Shown here: piece after piece, positions 25,565 through 34,977 of the stretch
Numbering within the stretch: the stretch's first letter is position 1
Layout: the number at the start of each line of letters is the position of its first letter
Source: Bacteroidales bacterium
Lineage (GTDB): Bacteria > Bacteroidota > Bacteroidia > Bacteroidales > UBA932
Length of the DNA: 64,000 nt
Assembly: GCA_031549685.1 (NCBI GenBank)
Contig: JAVBPG010000042.1
Span: 3,826-67,825, forward strand
Direction: 5' to 3'
Notes under the pieces: generated by a model
Seen by the model: the letters and a program-made list of their open reading frames with translations, nothing else
Databases searched by the model: none
Told to the model about the DNA's origin: nothing
Made by a program: the position numbers and the translations under genes

Positions 25565-26902
25565 CTACACCTCCATCAGCTTTACCTGCCCGCCGTTCTC
25601 GCCGGCGCACTGTGCCATTTGGTCGAGCACATCGGAAAATCGGGTAAGCGTCTTGCCGTCATCGCTTTCGAGCGCCAGCGTGCCGAGGTTTTCCAGGCGC
25701 TCAAGCACGTAGCTTACCGTAATGAGGTGAATGTCGGTGGCGGGTACGTAGGCGTTTTCTTTGGGGTCGTTGGTTACGGTTTCAACCGTAATGCGGCACT
25801 TGGTCAGCTCGTACATGGTTTCGCGCACTAAGCGCACGGGCGTTCCCAGCGCCTGCGCAATTTCGGAGGAGCTCAGGGGCTGCCTGTTCTGCGCAAAATT
25901 TTTGACCACCACGTGCGCCACCAGCAGCGCCAGCTGCTTGCGGTTGCGCATGCTGAGGTTTTGCGTGTCGGCGCCCAGCTCGTAGTGCTGCACATTTTGC
26001 GCCGCAAACGACAGTTCGGCCCCAAACAGCAGTATGAGCCAGCTGACCTGCGCCCACAGCAGGAATAGCGGCAGGGCGGCAAAGCTGCCGTAAATGGCGT
26101 TGTACTTGCTCATCATTACCTGCGAGTAGATGTAAAAATTCTGGGTAAGATGAAAAAGCGTTCCGGCGATGATGCCGGCCACCAGCGCCGGCATGAACTT
26201 TACCTTGGTGTTGGGCATGGCCACATAGACAAAGGTAAAAAGCAGCCAAAGCAGCACGTAGCTGAGGAACTTGAAGCCCATCTTCACCAGCGGGGCCACG
26301 TACGAGTACACGCCCCAGTCGGTGAAGGCAGCCGTAACGCGGGCGTGCAGCGCTACCGTAATGGAGCTGGACACGATGAGAAACAGCGGCGCAATCAGCA
26401 TTACCGAGAGGTAGTCGGTAATTTTGCGTCCCCACGGGCGGTTGCGCTTAACCTGCCAGATGTGGTTGAACGAAATTTCGATGTTGTTGAGCAGGCTGAT
26501 AATGGCCCACAGCAGAAACAGCGCGCTGACGCCCGTTACCACGCCGCCGCTGGCCTTGTTGAGCATGGAGTCGGCAAAGCCGAGCAAAAAATCGAGCACC
26601 TGCTCCTGCTCCTGAAAGCTACTGTGGAGCGTATCGACAAGGTACTGGTGCAGGCCAAAGCCCTTGGCGATGCCGATAAACATAGCCACCACGGGCACCA
26701 CTGCAATGAGCGTGTAGTAGGTAAGCGCCGAGGCGCGCAGCGATACCTTGTCGATAAAAAAGCCGCGGATGGAAATAAAAATTACCTTGAGCAGCTTAAT
26801 CAGCCACAGGTCGCGCGATTTTACCCGCGTGTGCTTCAAGTCCCAAATGTCAACGGTAACAAACTGGAATGCCTGCTGGTATAGCTCACGAAGTCGTTTC
26901 AT
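25565..26902 (-). CDS. YihY/BrkB family inner-membrane protein with a C-terminal winged-helix-like extension
   Basis: It has the motif SLRASALTYYTLIAVVP and six predicted TM helices over 445 aa. Confidence 0.85.
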   Translation of the reverse strand: MKRLRELYQQAFQFVTVDIWDLKHTRVKSRDLWLIKLLKVIFISIRGFFIDKVSLRASALTYYTLIAVVPVVAMFIGIAKGFGLHQYLVDTLHSSFQEQEQVLDFLLGFADSMLNKASGGVVTGVSALFLLWAIISLLNNIEISFNHIWQVKRNRPWGRKITDYLSVMLIAPLFLIVSSSITVALHARVTAAFTDWGVYSYVAPLVKMGFKFLSYVLLWLLFTFVYVAMPNTKVKFMPALVAGIIAGTLFHLTQNFYIYSQVMMSKYNAIYGSFAALPLFLLWAQVSWLILLFGAELSFAAQNVQHYELGADTQNLSMRNRKQLALLVAHVVVKNFAQNRQPLSSSEIAQALGTPVRLVRETMYELTKCRITVETVTNDPKENAYVPATDIHLITVSYVLERLENLGTLALESDDGKTLTRFSDVLDQMAQCAGENGGQVKLMEV

Positions 26903-26923
26903 TATTTTGCTCAGTTATTCCTT

Positions 26924-27313
26924 CTACTTTTGGTAAACCTTATTTGTAAATTTCTCCGCATCAATTATATACCGCTCGTGCGTGCCGCGGCCGATTTCGC
27001 CCTGCTCATCGCGCGCCGTAATTTCAAAGCAAAGGCGCTTGCCGTCAACCTTTACCAGCCTGGCGGTGGCCTCCACCTGCATGCCCACGGGCGTGGCCTT
27101 GCTGTGCGTGGTGCAAATCTGCGTGCCCACCGTTCCGCAGCCCTGCGGCAGGTGGGGCAGCACGGCGCTTAGCGCCGCGTTTTCCATCAGCCCCACCAGC
27201 GCCGGCGTGGCAAAAACCTCCACTAAGCCCGAGCCGTACTTGGAGGCCGTATCGTCTTTGGTAACCGTTTTTACGGAGGTGTGCTGTAGCCCTTCCTTCA
27301 AATTTATTTCCAT
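26924..27313 (-). CDS. Hotdog-fold thioesterase (FlK-like)
   Basis: The 129-aa ORF has the motif …TASKYGSGLVEVFATPALVGLMENAA…. Confidence 0.8.
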   Translation of the reverse strand: MEINLKEGLQHTSVKTVTKDDTASKYGSGLVEVFATPALVGLMENAALSAVLPHLPQGCGTVGTQICTTHSKATPVGMQVEATARLVKVDGKRLCFEITARDEQGEIGRGTHERYIIDAEKFTNKVYQK

Positions 27314-27559
27314 AAAATAGCTGTGTTTTTTTAGACAGTTTCTTACATATTTTTTGATGCTGCCCTCGGCGCAATCTTCCTGTTAATCTTGCGAATCCTG
27401 CCTTAACGCTTATCTCTGTGCAGCGCTGCGTTTTCCTATGCGCTCTGCGCGGCGTATTTTGCGCCCCAAAATTAGCATTTTATTTCATCATATCCCGCAA
27501 AAATCGTATATTTGTCGCCTATTTTTCGGTACATCAACATTAAAATAAACCACAAGAAA

Positions 27560-28840
27560 ATGAAAAGAGACGATAAAATTTTTGACCTGATTGAGCAGGA
27601 GCGCGCGCGCCAGACGCACGGCATCGAGCTCATTGCCTCCGAAAACTTTGTCAGCCCGCAGGTGCTTGAGGCTGCCGGCTCGGTGCTGACCAACAAGTAC
27701 GCCGAGGGCTACCCGAATGCTCGTTACTATGGTGGTTGTCAGATAGTTGATCAGTCAGAGCAGCTGGCCATCGATCGTCTTTGCCAGCTGTTTGACGCCG
27801 AGTACGCCAACGTGCAGCCGCACTCGGGCGCGCAGGCCAACACCGCCGTGTTTATGGCCGTGCTCAAGCCCGGCGATACCTTCATGGGCCTGGATTTGGC
27901 GCATGGTGGCCACCTTACGCACGGATCTCCCGTCAACATTTCGGGGCAGTGGTTTCACGCCGTGTCGTACGAGGTAAGGCAGGATACGGGTTTGGTGGAC
28001 TACGACCAGATGGAGCAGCGCGCCCTGGAGCACAAGCCCAAAATGATTGTGGGCGGAGCCTCGGCCTACTCGCGCGAGTGGGACTACAAGCGCATGCGCG
28101 AAATTGCCGACAAAATCGGCGCCATACTGTGGGTGGACATGGCGCACCCCGCCGGGCTGATTGCCGCCGGGCTGCTCAACAACCCCTGCCGGTACGCGCA
28201 CATTGTAACCTCCACCACGCACAAAACCCTGCGCGGGCCTCGCGGCGGCGTTATCCTGGTGGGCAAGGATTTTGAAAATACCTGGGGCCTGAAAACGCCC
28301 AAGGGCGAAACCAAAAAGATGTCGCAGCTGCTCAACTCCGCCGTATTCCCCGGCATTCAGGGCGGCCCGCTGGAGCACATTATTGCTGCCAAAGCGGTGG
28401 CGTTCTACGAGGCGCTGCAGCCCGAGTTCAAGCAGTACCAGCAGCAGGTAAAGGCCAACGCCGCGGCTATGGCCAAAGCCTTTGTGGCTATGGGCTACAA
28501 AATTTTCTCGGGCGGTACCGACAACCACCTCATGCTGATCGACCTCCGCTCCAAGTTTGCCGAGCTCAACGGTAAGCAGGCCGAAAATACGCTGGTGCAG
28601 GCCGACATTACGGTCAACAAAAATATGGTGCCCTTCGACACCCGATCGCCCTTCCAAACCTCAGGCTTCCGCGTGGGAACGCCCGCCGTTACCACCCGCG
28701 GCTTGAAGGAAAAGGATATGCCCCTCATCGCCTCGCTTATCGACAAGGTGCTGTGCAACGTGGACAAGGAGAGCGTGATAAAGGAGGTGCGCACCGAGGT
28801 AAATAGGATGATGAAGGATTTGCCGCTGTACGCCTGGTAA
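27560..28840 (+). CDS. glyA: Serine hydroxymethyltransferase
   Basis: The motifs are ELIASENF…YAEGYP…RYYGG and [13 protein letters not shown] chose the start at MKRDDKIF. Confidence 0.95.
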   Translation: MKRDDKIFDLIEQERARQTHGIELIASENFVSPQVLEAAGSVLTNKYAEGYPNARYYGGCQIVDQSEQLAIDRLCQLFDAEYANVQPHSGAQANTAVFMAVLKPGDTFMGLDLAHGGHLTHGSPVNISGQWFHAVSYEVRQDTGLVDYDQMEQRALEHKPKMIVGGASAYSREWDYKRMREIADKIGAILWVDMAHPAGLIAAGLLNNPCRYAHIVTSTTHKTLRGPRGGVILVGKDFENTWGLKTPKGETKKMSQLLNSAVFPGIQGGPLEHIIAAKAVAFYEALQPEFKQYQQQVKANAAAMAKAFVAMGYKIFSGGTDNHLMLIDLRSKFAELNGKQAENTLVQADITVNKNMVPFDTRSPFQTSGFRVGTPAVTTRGLKEKDMPLIASLIDKVLCNVDKESVIKEVRTEVNRMMKDLPLYAW

Positions 28841-28943
28841 GGGGCAATGAGCGAAGGCTATCCCTCCCGCAACCCTATTACGGTGGTGGCCACATGGTAG
28901 CATAATATGGGGGTATAAAAAATCGTAAATTCTAAAATTGTAA

Positions 28944-29672
28944 ATGAAAAAACTCTTTTTGGCCCTAACCCTAATTGCAGGTCTTATGTCATGCACTGAA
29001 AAAAATATTCCCCAAGGCGATGCGTTCAAAACCTCCATGGGCGATTTGTACGTGTACCACGTGGGGCACGGCTCGGTAATGCTTACGCTGGGCGACAAGG
29101 TTATTCAGGTTGACCCGTACTCCGCGCAGGCCGACTACGACACGCTTCCCAAGGCCGACCTGGTGCTCATAACGCACGAGCACTCCGACCACCTGGACAG
29201 CGCCGCCCTGGCCAAAACCAGAAAGGAGGGAGCGCAAATTATTACCACCCCAACGGTGGCGCAAATTCTGCCTGATGCGACCGTGCTGGCCAACGGTGAA
29301 AAAACGGCGTGGAGCGGCATTGCCATTGAGGCTGTGCCGGCCTACAACGTAGCGCACATGCGCCCCGACGGGCAGCCGTTTCATCCCAAAGGTGTGGGCA
29401 ATGGCTACGTACTCTCCTTCGGCAACTTCAAGTTGTACCTCGCCGCCGATACCGAAAATATTGAGGAAATGGGCGCGCTGAAGGATATCGATGTGGCGTT
29501 CCTGCCCAAAAATTTGCCCTACACCATGACGGACGAAATGTTTGTTGCGGCCGCCAAATCCTTTAAGCCCAAGGTGCTGTATGTGTACCACTACTTTGAG
29601 CTGGACAACATTGATGCCATAAAAAAGGAGCTGGCCCCGGAGGGCGTCGAGCTGAGGGTGTTTAAGAAGTAG
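28944..29672 (+). CDS. MBL-fold metallo-hydrolase (lipoprotein)
   Basis: It has the lipobox LIAGLMSC and the motif THEHSDHLD. Confidence 0.85.
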   Translation: MKKLFLALTLIAGLMSCTEKNIPQGDAFKTSMGDLYVYHVGHGSVMLTLGDKVIQVDPYSAQADYDTLPKADLVLITHEHSDHLDSAALAKTRKEGAQIITTPTVAQILPDATVLANGEKTAWSGIAIEAVPAYNVAHMRPDGQPFHPKGVGNGYVLSFGNFKLYLAADTENIEEMGALKDIDVAFLPKNLPYTMTDEMFVAAAKSFKPKVLYVYHYFELDNIDAIKKELAPEGVELRVFKK

Positions 29673-29683
29673 GCTGGGATGTT

Positions 29684-30418
29684 ATGATTGAAGTAGTTCC
29701 CGCCATAGACATCATCGACGGCAAGTGCGTGCGCCTTACCAAGGGCGACTACGCGCAGAAAAAGGTGTACAACGAAGACCCGCTGGAGGTGGCGAAATCC
29801 TTTGAGGGGGTTGGGCTGCGGCGCCTGCACGTGGTGGATCTGGACGGCGCCAAGGCGCAGCACATTGTAAACCACAAGGTGCTCGAAAAAATTGCCGCCA
29901 AAACCGCTCTGGTAGTCGATTTCGGCGGAGGGCTGAAAAGCTCGGACGACCTGCGCATAGCCTTTGAGTGCGGCGCGCGCATGGTTACGGGCGGCAGCAT
30001 TGCGGTTAAAAACCCCGGTGAGTTTACCGGCTGGATTGAAAAATTCGGAGGCGAAAAAATTATTCTCGGCGCCGATGTGAGCGGGGAAAAAATTGCCGTA
30101 AGCGGCTGGCAGGAGGGCACCGATTTAGACCTTCTTCCCTTCATAAAATCGTACGCGGCAAAGGGCATTACGCAGGTAATCTGCACCGATATAGGCAGGG
30201 ACGGCATGCTGCAAGGCCCCAACATTGCGCTGTACAAAAAAATAGCGGAGGCATTTCCGGACTTGCATTTAGTAGCAAGCGGGGGAGTGTCGGCCATGGC
30301 CGACATTGAGGCGCTGGACAAGAACGGCCTGCGCTCGGTCATCGTGGGCAAGGCCATTTACGAGGGACGGATTTCGATGGAGGAGCTGGGGAAAATGGCA
30401 GTAGGCAGTAGGCAGTGA
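29684..30418 (+). CDS. hisA: ProFAR isomerase HisA
   Basis: [20 protein letters not shown]…[10 protein letters not shown] is typical of HisA. The last codons are encoded by the GTAGGCA array. Confidence 0.9.
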   Translation: MIEVVPAIDIIDGKCVRLTKGDYAQKKVYNEDPLEVAKSFEGVGLRRLHVVDLDGAKAQHIVNHKVLEKIAAKTALVVDFGGGLKSSDDLRIAFECGARMVTGGSIAVKNPGEFTGWIEKFGGEKIILGADVSGEKIAVSGWQEGTDLDLLPFIKSYAAKGITQVICTDIGRDGMLQGPNIALYKKIAEAFPDLHLVASGGVSAMADIEALDKNGLRSVIVGKAIYEGRISMEELGKMAVGSRQ

Positions 30419-30443
30419 AGACAAGTAGGCAATAGGCAATGGG
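30397..30443 (+). repeat. GTAGGCA-family array/composite element
   Basis: The sequence ggcagtaggcagtaggcagtgaagacaagtaggcaataggcaatgg overlaps the hisA stop. Confidence 0.85.
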
Positions 30444-30454
30444 GTGGGTAAACC

Positions 30455-30497
30455 TTTAAACTTTGAATCTTTGAATTTTGAATTTTGAATTTTGAAT
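30455..30497 (+). repeat. Heptamer array (TTTGAAT), about 5-6 units
   Basis: The sequence ctttaaactttgaatctttgaattttgaattttgaattttgaat ends 10 nt before the hisIE ATG. Confidence 0.85.
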
Positions 30498-30507
30498 AGC
30501 GAAGCTT

Positions 30508-31098
30508 ATGGTTGATTTTGCAAAAATGGATGGCCTGGTGCCCGCGGTGGTGCAGGATAGCGCTACGGGCAAGGTGCTTATGGTGGCGTTTATGAACGAG
30601 GAGGCGTACCGGAAAACGCTCGAAACAAAGCTGGTAACCTTCTACAGCCGCACCAAGCAGCGCCTGTGGACCAAGGGCGAGGAGAGCGGAAATTTCCTTG
30701 ATCTGCTGAGCCTTACCGAGGACTGCGACCACGATACGCTGTTGGTAAAAGCCAAGCCCCGCGGCGTGGTGTGCCACACCGGCGCCGACACCTGCTTTGG
30801 CGAAAAAAATGAGAGCGGAATTTTATTTCTCGACTACCTGCAAAACCTCATTGCCACGCGCAAAAAGGAAATGCCCGAGGGCTCGTACACCACCAAGCTT
30901 TTTCAAAAAGGCGTCAATAAAATTGCGCAGAAGGTGGGCGAGGAGGCCGTGGAGCTGGTCATTGAGGCCAAGGATAGCAACGAGGAGTTGTTTCTGGGCG
31001 AAGCCGCCGACCTCATGTTCCACTTCCTGGTGCTGCTTACGCAAAAGGGCTACACGCTCGGCGATGTGGTAGGCGTACTCGAAAAACGGCATAAATAA
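30508..31098 (+). CDS. hisIE: Bifunctional phosphoribosyl-AMP cyclohydrolase / phosphoribosyl-ATP pyrophosphatase
   Basis: The HisI part is LVPAVVQD…WTKGE(E)SGN…DCD(H)D and the HisE part is KIAQKVGEEAVE…EAADLMFH. Confidence 0.9.
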   Translation: MVDFAKMDGLVPAVVQDSATGKVLMVAFMNEEAYRKTLETKLVTFYSRTKQRLWTKGEESGNFLDLLSLTEDCDHDTLLVKAKPRGVVCHTGADTCFGEKNESGILFLDYLQNLIATRKKEMPEGSYTTKLFQKGVNKIAQKVGEEAVELVIEAKDSNEELFLGEAADLMFHFLVLLTQKGYTLGDVVGVLEKRHK

Positions 31099-31203
31099 GT
31101 AGGCAGCATGCGCTATTGCGTAAGCCTTAATGATAAGACTATTGAGTTCTATAAGTCGCACACCTGAAACAAAGTAGCAATACTAAAACATCAACTTATT
31201 TGT

Positions 31204-31923
31204 ATGAAAAGCAGCAAACATACCACTATGTTCGTGCTGCTTTTTTTGTTGGCTGTGCCGCTTCGCGCGCAGGATTCCGTGCGGCACGAACGTGAGCCTT
31301 TTCCCTACGTGCAGCAAATTATTCCCGTAGCGCTTATTGCCACGGGCTCCGTGTTAGCGGCCGAAAAAACGGTTAACCAACGCTTCAACTCGTGGCTGCC
31401 CAACACCCGCACAAGCGTTGACGACTACCTGCAGCTTGTCCCCATGGCGGGGATGTACGTTGCGGATATAGCCGGGGTGAAGTCCAAAAACAGCGCATGG
31501 GATCAAACCAAGTATTTGGCTATGTCGCAGCTGCTGTGCGGCGTGGTGGTGCAAACGCTCAAGTACACCGTGGGGGAGCAGCGGCCCAACAATGGGGCGC
31601 ACAACTCCTTCCCCTCGGGGCATACCAGCGTGGCCTTTGTGGGCGCCACGGCGCTTTACCACGAGTTTAAGGAAAGCAACCGGTGGATTGCCTACAGCGG
31701 GTTTGCCGTGGCCGCAACGGTGGGCGTGCTGCGCATGACCAACGAGCGGCACTGGCTCTCGGATGTGCTGGCCGGCGCGGGCATCGGCATTTTAACCACC
31801 AACCTGGTGTACTACTTCGAGCCGCTCAAAAGTTGGCAACCCTTCTCCAAGTCCGGTAAAACATCGCTGGCACCCTACTACGACGGGGAAAATGCAGGGC
31901 TGATGTTTGCGGTAAGGTTTTAG
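31204..31923 (+). CDS. PAP2-family phosphatase
   Basis: It has a signal peptide and the PAP2 motifs …RPN…, SFPSGHTS and RHWLSDV. Confidence 0.85.
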   Translation: MKSSKHTTMFVLLFLLAVPLRAQDSVRHEREPFPYVQQIIPVALIATGSVLAAEKTVNQRFNSWLPNTRTSVDDYLQLVPMAGMYVADIAGVKSKNSAWDQTKYLAMSQLLCGVVVQTLKYTVGEQRPNNGAHNSFPSGHTSVAFVGATALYHEFKESNRWIAYSGFAVAATVGVLRMTNERHWLSDVLAGAGIGILTTNLVYYFEPLKSWQPFSKSGKTSLAPYYDGENAGLMFAVRF

Positions 31924-31988
31924 TTTGTCGTGGTAAAACCCAATGGCATTTTTGGGAGTAAACACGCCTACTTTTTTATCCTTGGCAC

Positions 31989-32092
31989 CGTCATGTCGAA
32001 CGAAGAGAGACATCTCCATCCTGAGTGCCGATAAATCCTCGGGGGCATTGCGGACGGCGTTGTGCGGAGAGACCTCTCCTCGCAAGCGCACG
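31989..32092. repeat. Degenerate GTCAT-family remnants
   Basis: gtcatgtcgaacgaagagagacatctcc, atcctgagtg… and …ctcctcgcaagcgc resemble units seen elsewhere but have diverged. Confidence 0.4.
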
Positions 32093-32108
32093 CTTTGTAA
32101 ACCCGAAA

Positions 32109-32891
32109 TCAGGCAAGCATCATAATGCCCGTCATCATCCGGCCGCTATCGCCGCAACGGTGCGAGAATAGGAGGTGGTTGTTGCAGCGCGTGCAGCGGC
32201 CCTCCAGGCCAATGTTTTCGGGCTTTAGCCCAAGGCCGAGCAGCTGGTGAAGGCTGGCGTACTGCATATCAAAGCGGGGCTTTCCGTTTGCCGCCCGATG
32301 AATAAATTTTTCGGTGCTTCCAAAGCTGCCCTGTACGCTGTCCACCACCTCGTCGCCCACCTCGTAGCAGCAGGCGCCAATGCGGTTGCCTATGGCGGCC
32401 ACCATGTGCTGCGGGCTGCAGCCAAATTCATCCTGCATTTTTTTTGCCGTAAGGCGGGCAATTTGCTGTACGGTGCCCCGCCATCCGGCGTGAATGGCGG
32501 CCACCACCTTTTTGTCGGGGGCGTAGAGTAGAATGGGGGTGCAGTCGGCGGTTTTTACGGCGATGCAGGTGTTGGGCAGCGCGCAGATGAGCGCGTCGGA
32601 GTGGGGTATGGTGCCGGCTTTTTGCGCCGCGCCGGCGCCCCGCAGGGGCGGAGTAACCACGGTGATGTTGCAGCTGTGCGTTTGGTCGGCCACGGTGAGG
32701 GCTGCTGGCGCAAAGCCTACGGCCTGCGCCAGCAGCCGGCGGTTTTCCACCACATTTTCGTCGGCATCGTTATCGTGAAAGCCGAGGTTGAGCGAGCTGT
32801 TGTCGCCCGCGCTCACGCCGCCGCACCGCGTGGACGAAAAGTGGAGCAGCTCGGCGCGGTATTTTTCAAAAATGTCAAAGATGGTAAACAT
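32109..32891 (-). CDS. pgeF: Peptidoglycan editing factor PgeF (YfiH/laccase-domain family)
   Basis: The motifs are FSSTRCGGVS…, QTHS…, ADCTPILL and HAGWRGT. Confidence 0.9.
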   Translation of the reverse strand: MFTIFDIFEKYRAELLHFSSTRCGGVSAGDNSSLNLGFHDNDADENVVENRRLLAQAVGFAPAALTVADQTHSCNITVVTPPLRGAGAAQKAGTIPHSDALICALPNTCIAVKTADCTPILLYAPDKKVVAAIHAGWRGTVQQIARLTAKKMQDEFGCSPQHMVAAIGNRIGACCYEVGDEVVDSVQGSFGSTEKFIHRAANGKPRFDMQYASLHQLLGLGLKPENIGLEGRCTRCNNHLLFSHRCGDSGRMMTGIMMLA

Positions 32892-32907
32892 GGGCTACTC
32901 CAGCTGC
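32876..32907 (+). repeat. Left copy of a 32-bp direct repeat (31/32 identical to 34084-34115)
   Basis: The sequence is caaagAtggtaaacatgggctactccagctgc. It contains the pgeF start codon and a copy of the ftsE stop region. Confidence 0.95.
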
Positions 32908-32925
32908 TGGTTGAATTGGGCATCA

Positions 32926-33927
32926 TTATTCTTGCTTGCCTTGTATGCGTTTTATTTCTTTATCGAAATCAGAAATGTAATTCTCGTCCTGAATTTTCCT
33001 GAAAACTTCATATTCCTGTTCCGCTCTTAGCTTGGCTTCCAATGCACTTACCCTACCTTTATCTTGTAATATAGGATACTGAGAAAGTTCCAAAAACTGA
33101 TTCAAAAACTGCATCCATTCCTGCATATTGGTTACAATACCTCGCGTAGCTCTGTTTTCTGCTAAATCCAAATAAACCGAGACGATACGGTTCAATTCCT
33201 TGATATGTGCTTCGTTCAGATAATTCTTGGAAACAACGACATCCGATTTAAGTATTTTTCCATCGGGTGCTTGCTTCCAATTTGTCAATCCCATGTACAA
33301 CTTTGTGGCATTGGCCGAAGTATAAATGATTTCGGCGGCAGTTTTTCCTGTAATAGCCCAATGCAACTTGTTCTGCACGGCAGCAAAAAAATCTTTTGTA
33401 ACAGGTGAATTTTTATCGTAGTCTGCCGAAAGCGCATAGATGTCTGTGATTTTTTGGTAAAATCGCCTTTCGCTGGCGCGGATTTCGCGAATACGTTCCA
33501 GCAGCTCGTCAAAATAATCTTTACCAAAGCTCTTTCCCTGTTTCAGGCGTTCGTCGTCCATTACGAAACCTTTGATAATAAACTCTTTGAGTGTATTGGT
33601 TGCCCAAATACGGAATTGTGTCGCCTGATAGCTGTTTACACGGTATCCCACTGCAATAATGGCATCCAGATTATAGAAATCCAATTCGCGCGAGACTTCC
33701 CGGTTGCCTTCTTTTTGAACTATCCGGATTTTCCGGATAGTTGCTTCATTTTGCAGTTCACTGCTCTGGTAGATATTTTTCAAATGTTCGTTTATGGTAC
33801 GAATATCTACGCCAAACAATTCACGCATTCGTTTTTGGGTTAGCCAAAAGCTACCGTCTTCGTACTGCACCTGAATGCTTACCTGACCGTTGGGTGTGGT
33901 GTAGAGTATGATGTTGGATTCGGACAT
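32926..33927 (-). CDS. rhuM: RhuM-family protein
   Basis: The 333-aa ORF has WLTQKRMRELFGVDIRTINEHLKNIY…AVGYRVNS…ATQFRIWAT…, characteristic of RhuM-like proteins. Confidence 0.85.
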   Translation of the reverse strand: MSESNIILYTTPNGQVSIQVQYEDGSFWLTQKRMRELFGVDIRTINEHLKNIYQSSELQNEATIRKIRIVQKEGNREVSRELDFYNLDAIIAVGYRVNSYQATQFRIWATNTLKEFIIKGFVMDDERLKQGKSFGKDYFDELLERIREIRASERRFYQKITDIYALSADYDKNSPVTKDFFAAVQNKLHWAITGKTAAEIIYTSANATKLYMGLTNWKQAPDGKILKSDVVVSKNYLNEAHIKELNRIVSVYLDLAENRATRGIVTNMQEWMQFLNQFLELSQYPILQDKGRVSALEAKLRAEQEYEVFRKIQDENYISDFDKEIKRIQGKQE

Positions 33928-34083
33928 TGTAATTCTTTCTTTTTGCTATAAATTCCGGAAGAGCCTCAATCTTATTGTGCTATCGTTTTTATTTTCAGTT
34001 GATTGCAATTGATGGCAATGAGGCGAATTTGCCCCTGTAAAGCGGACAACTTTATCCCAAAATCAAGCGTGCAGGACTGTCGG

Positions 34084-34115
34084 CAAAGGTGGTAAACATG
34101 GGCTACTCCAGCTGC
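34084..34115 (+). repeat. Right copy of the 32-bp direct repeat
   Basis: The sequence is caaagGtggtaaacatgggctactccagctgc. It contains the real ftsE stop and a 15-codon pgeF 5' remnant (MFTTFADSPARLILG*). Confidence 0.95.
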
Positions 34116-34813
34116 GATATGTCGAGCTCGTTGGACCCGCTGAGCTCGGCAACGCGGCCGTCCTCGCACTTGATGGTGCGCCTGGGGAAGCGCTGCAGCA
34201 GGCTGTAGTTGTGCGTGGCCATAATGACCGAGCGCCCGCTGCTGCTTATTTCGCTGAGCATGGCCATAATCTCCTCCGAGGTTTCGGGGTCGAGGTTTCG
34301 GGTCGGCTCGTCGGCCAGAATGAGCTCGGGGTCGTTGAGCAGGGCGCGGGCTATGGACACTCGCTGCTGCTCGCCGCCCGAGAGCTGGTGCGGCATTTTG
34401 TGCCCCTTGTACTCCATGTGCACCTTGGTAAGCACGTCGTGAATGCGCTTTTCCACCTCGGCCTTATCCGTCCAGCCGGTGGCCTTGAGCACAAACAGCA
34501 GGTTGTCGTTCACGCTGCGGTCGATCAGCAGCTGAAAATCCTGAAACACCATGCCTATTTTCCGCCGCAGAAAGGGGATGTGTGACTCCTTAATGTTGTG
34601 CAGCTTGTATCCTGCCACCCAGGCCTCGCCCTGCTTTAGCTTCAGCTCGGCGTTGAGCGTTCGTATCAGGCTCGACTTCCCGCTGCCAACTTTTCCTACA
34701 AGGTAAATAAATTCGCCCCGCTCTACGCTGAACGTAACATCGGACAGAATGAGGTGCGGGCCTTGGAAAATGCTGGCTTTCTTGACCTCGATAAGGGTGT
34801 CGAGTGAGGACAT
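34103..34813 (-). CDS. ftsE: Cell-division ABC ATPase FtsE
   Basis: It has Walker [10 protein letters not shown], the signature LSGGEQQR and Walker B ILADEPT. The length and sequence are typical of FtsE. Confidence 0.9.
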   Translation of the reverse strand: MSSLDTLIEVKKASIFQGPHLILSDVTFSVERGEFIYLVGKVGSGKSSLIRTLNAELKLKQGEAWVAGYKLHNIKESHIPFLRRKIGMVFQDFQLLIDRSVNDNLLFVLKATGWTDKAEVEKRIHDVLTKVHMEYKGHKMPHQLSGGEQQRVSIARALLNDPELILADEPTRNLDPETSEEIMAMLSEISSSGRSVIMATHNYSLLQRFPRRTIKCEDGRVAELSGSNELDISQLE

Positions 34814-34977
34814 GATTTTTATTTTTTTTGAAGTACAAAAATACGTAAATATCTAATACCAGCTTCGATGCCTGCTAACTTATGAATTTTTAACCATGCC
34901 AAACTTGTATTTAAGTTTGAGTAAAAAGAATAGCCGCTACCTTTACAAGTTAAAATAAAGCAAGTTAATATAACGAT

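Larger units (their letters stand above)
32908..34115. mobile_element. 1.2-kb inserted cassette carrying rhuM, bounded by the 32-bp direct repeat (no recombinase inside)
   Basis: The segment between the two repeat copies is visibly A+T-richer. The repeat duplicates the tight ftsE-stop/pgeF-start junction. Confidence 0.55.

Noticed and set aside
27314-27559. ZTP, THF or glycine riboswitch upstream of glyA
   Set aside because: I found only short GC palindromes (for example gcagcgctgc) and AATCCTG-type repeat fragments. No conserved riboswitch core such as CCGCCTGGGC is present.
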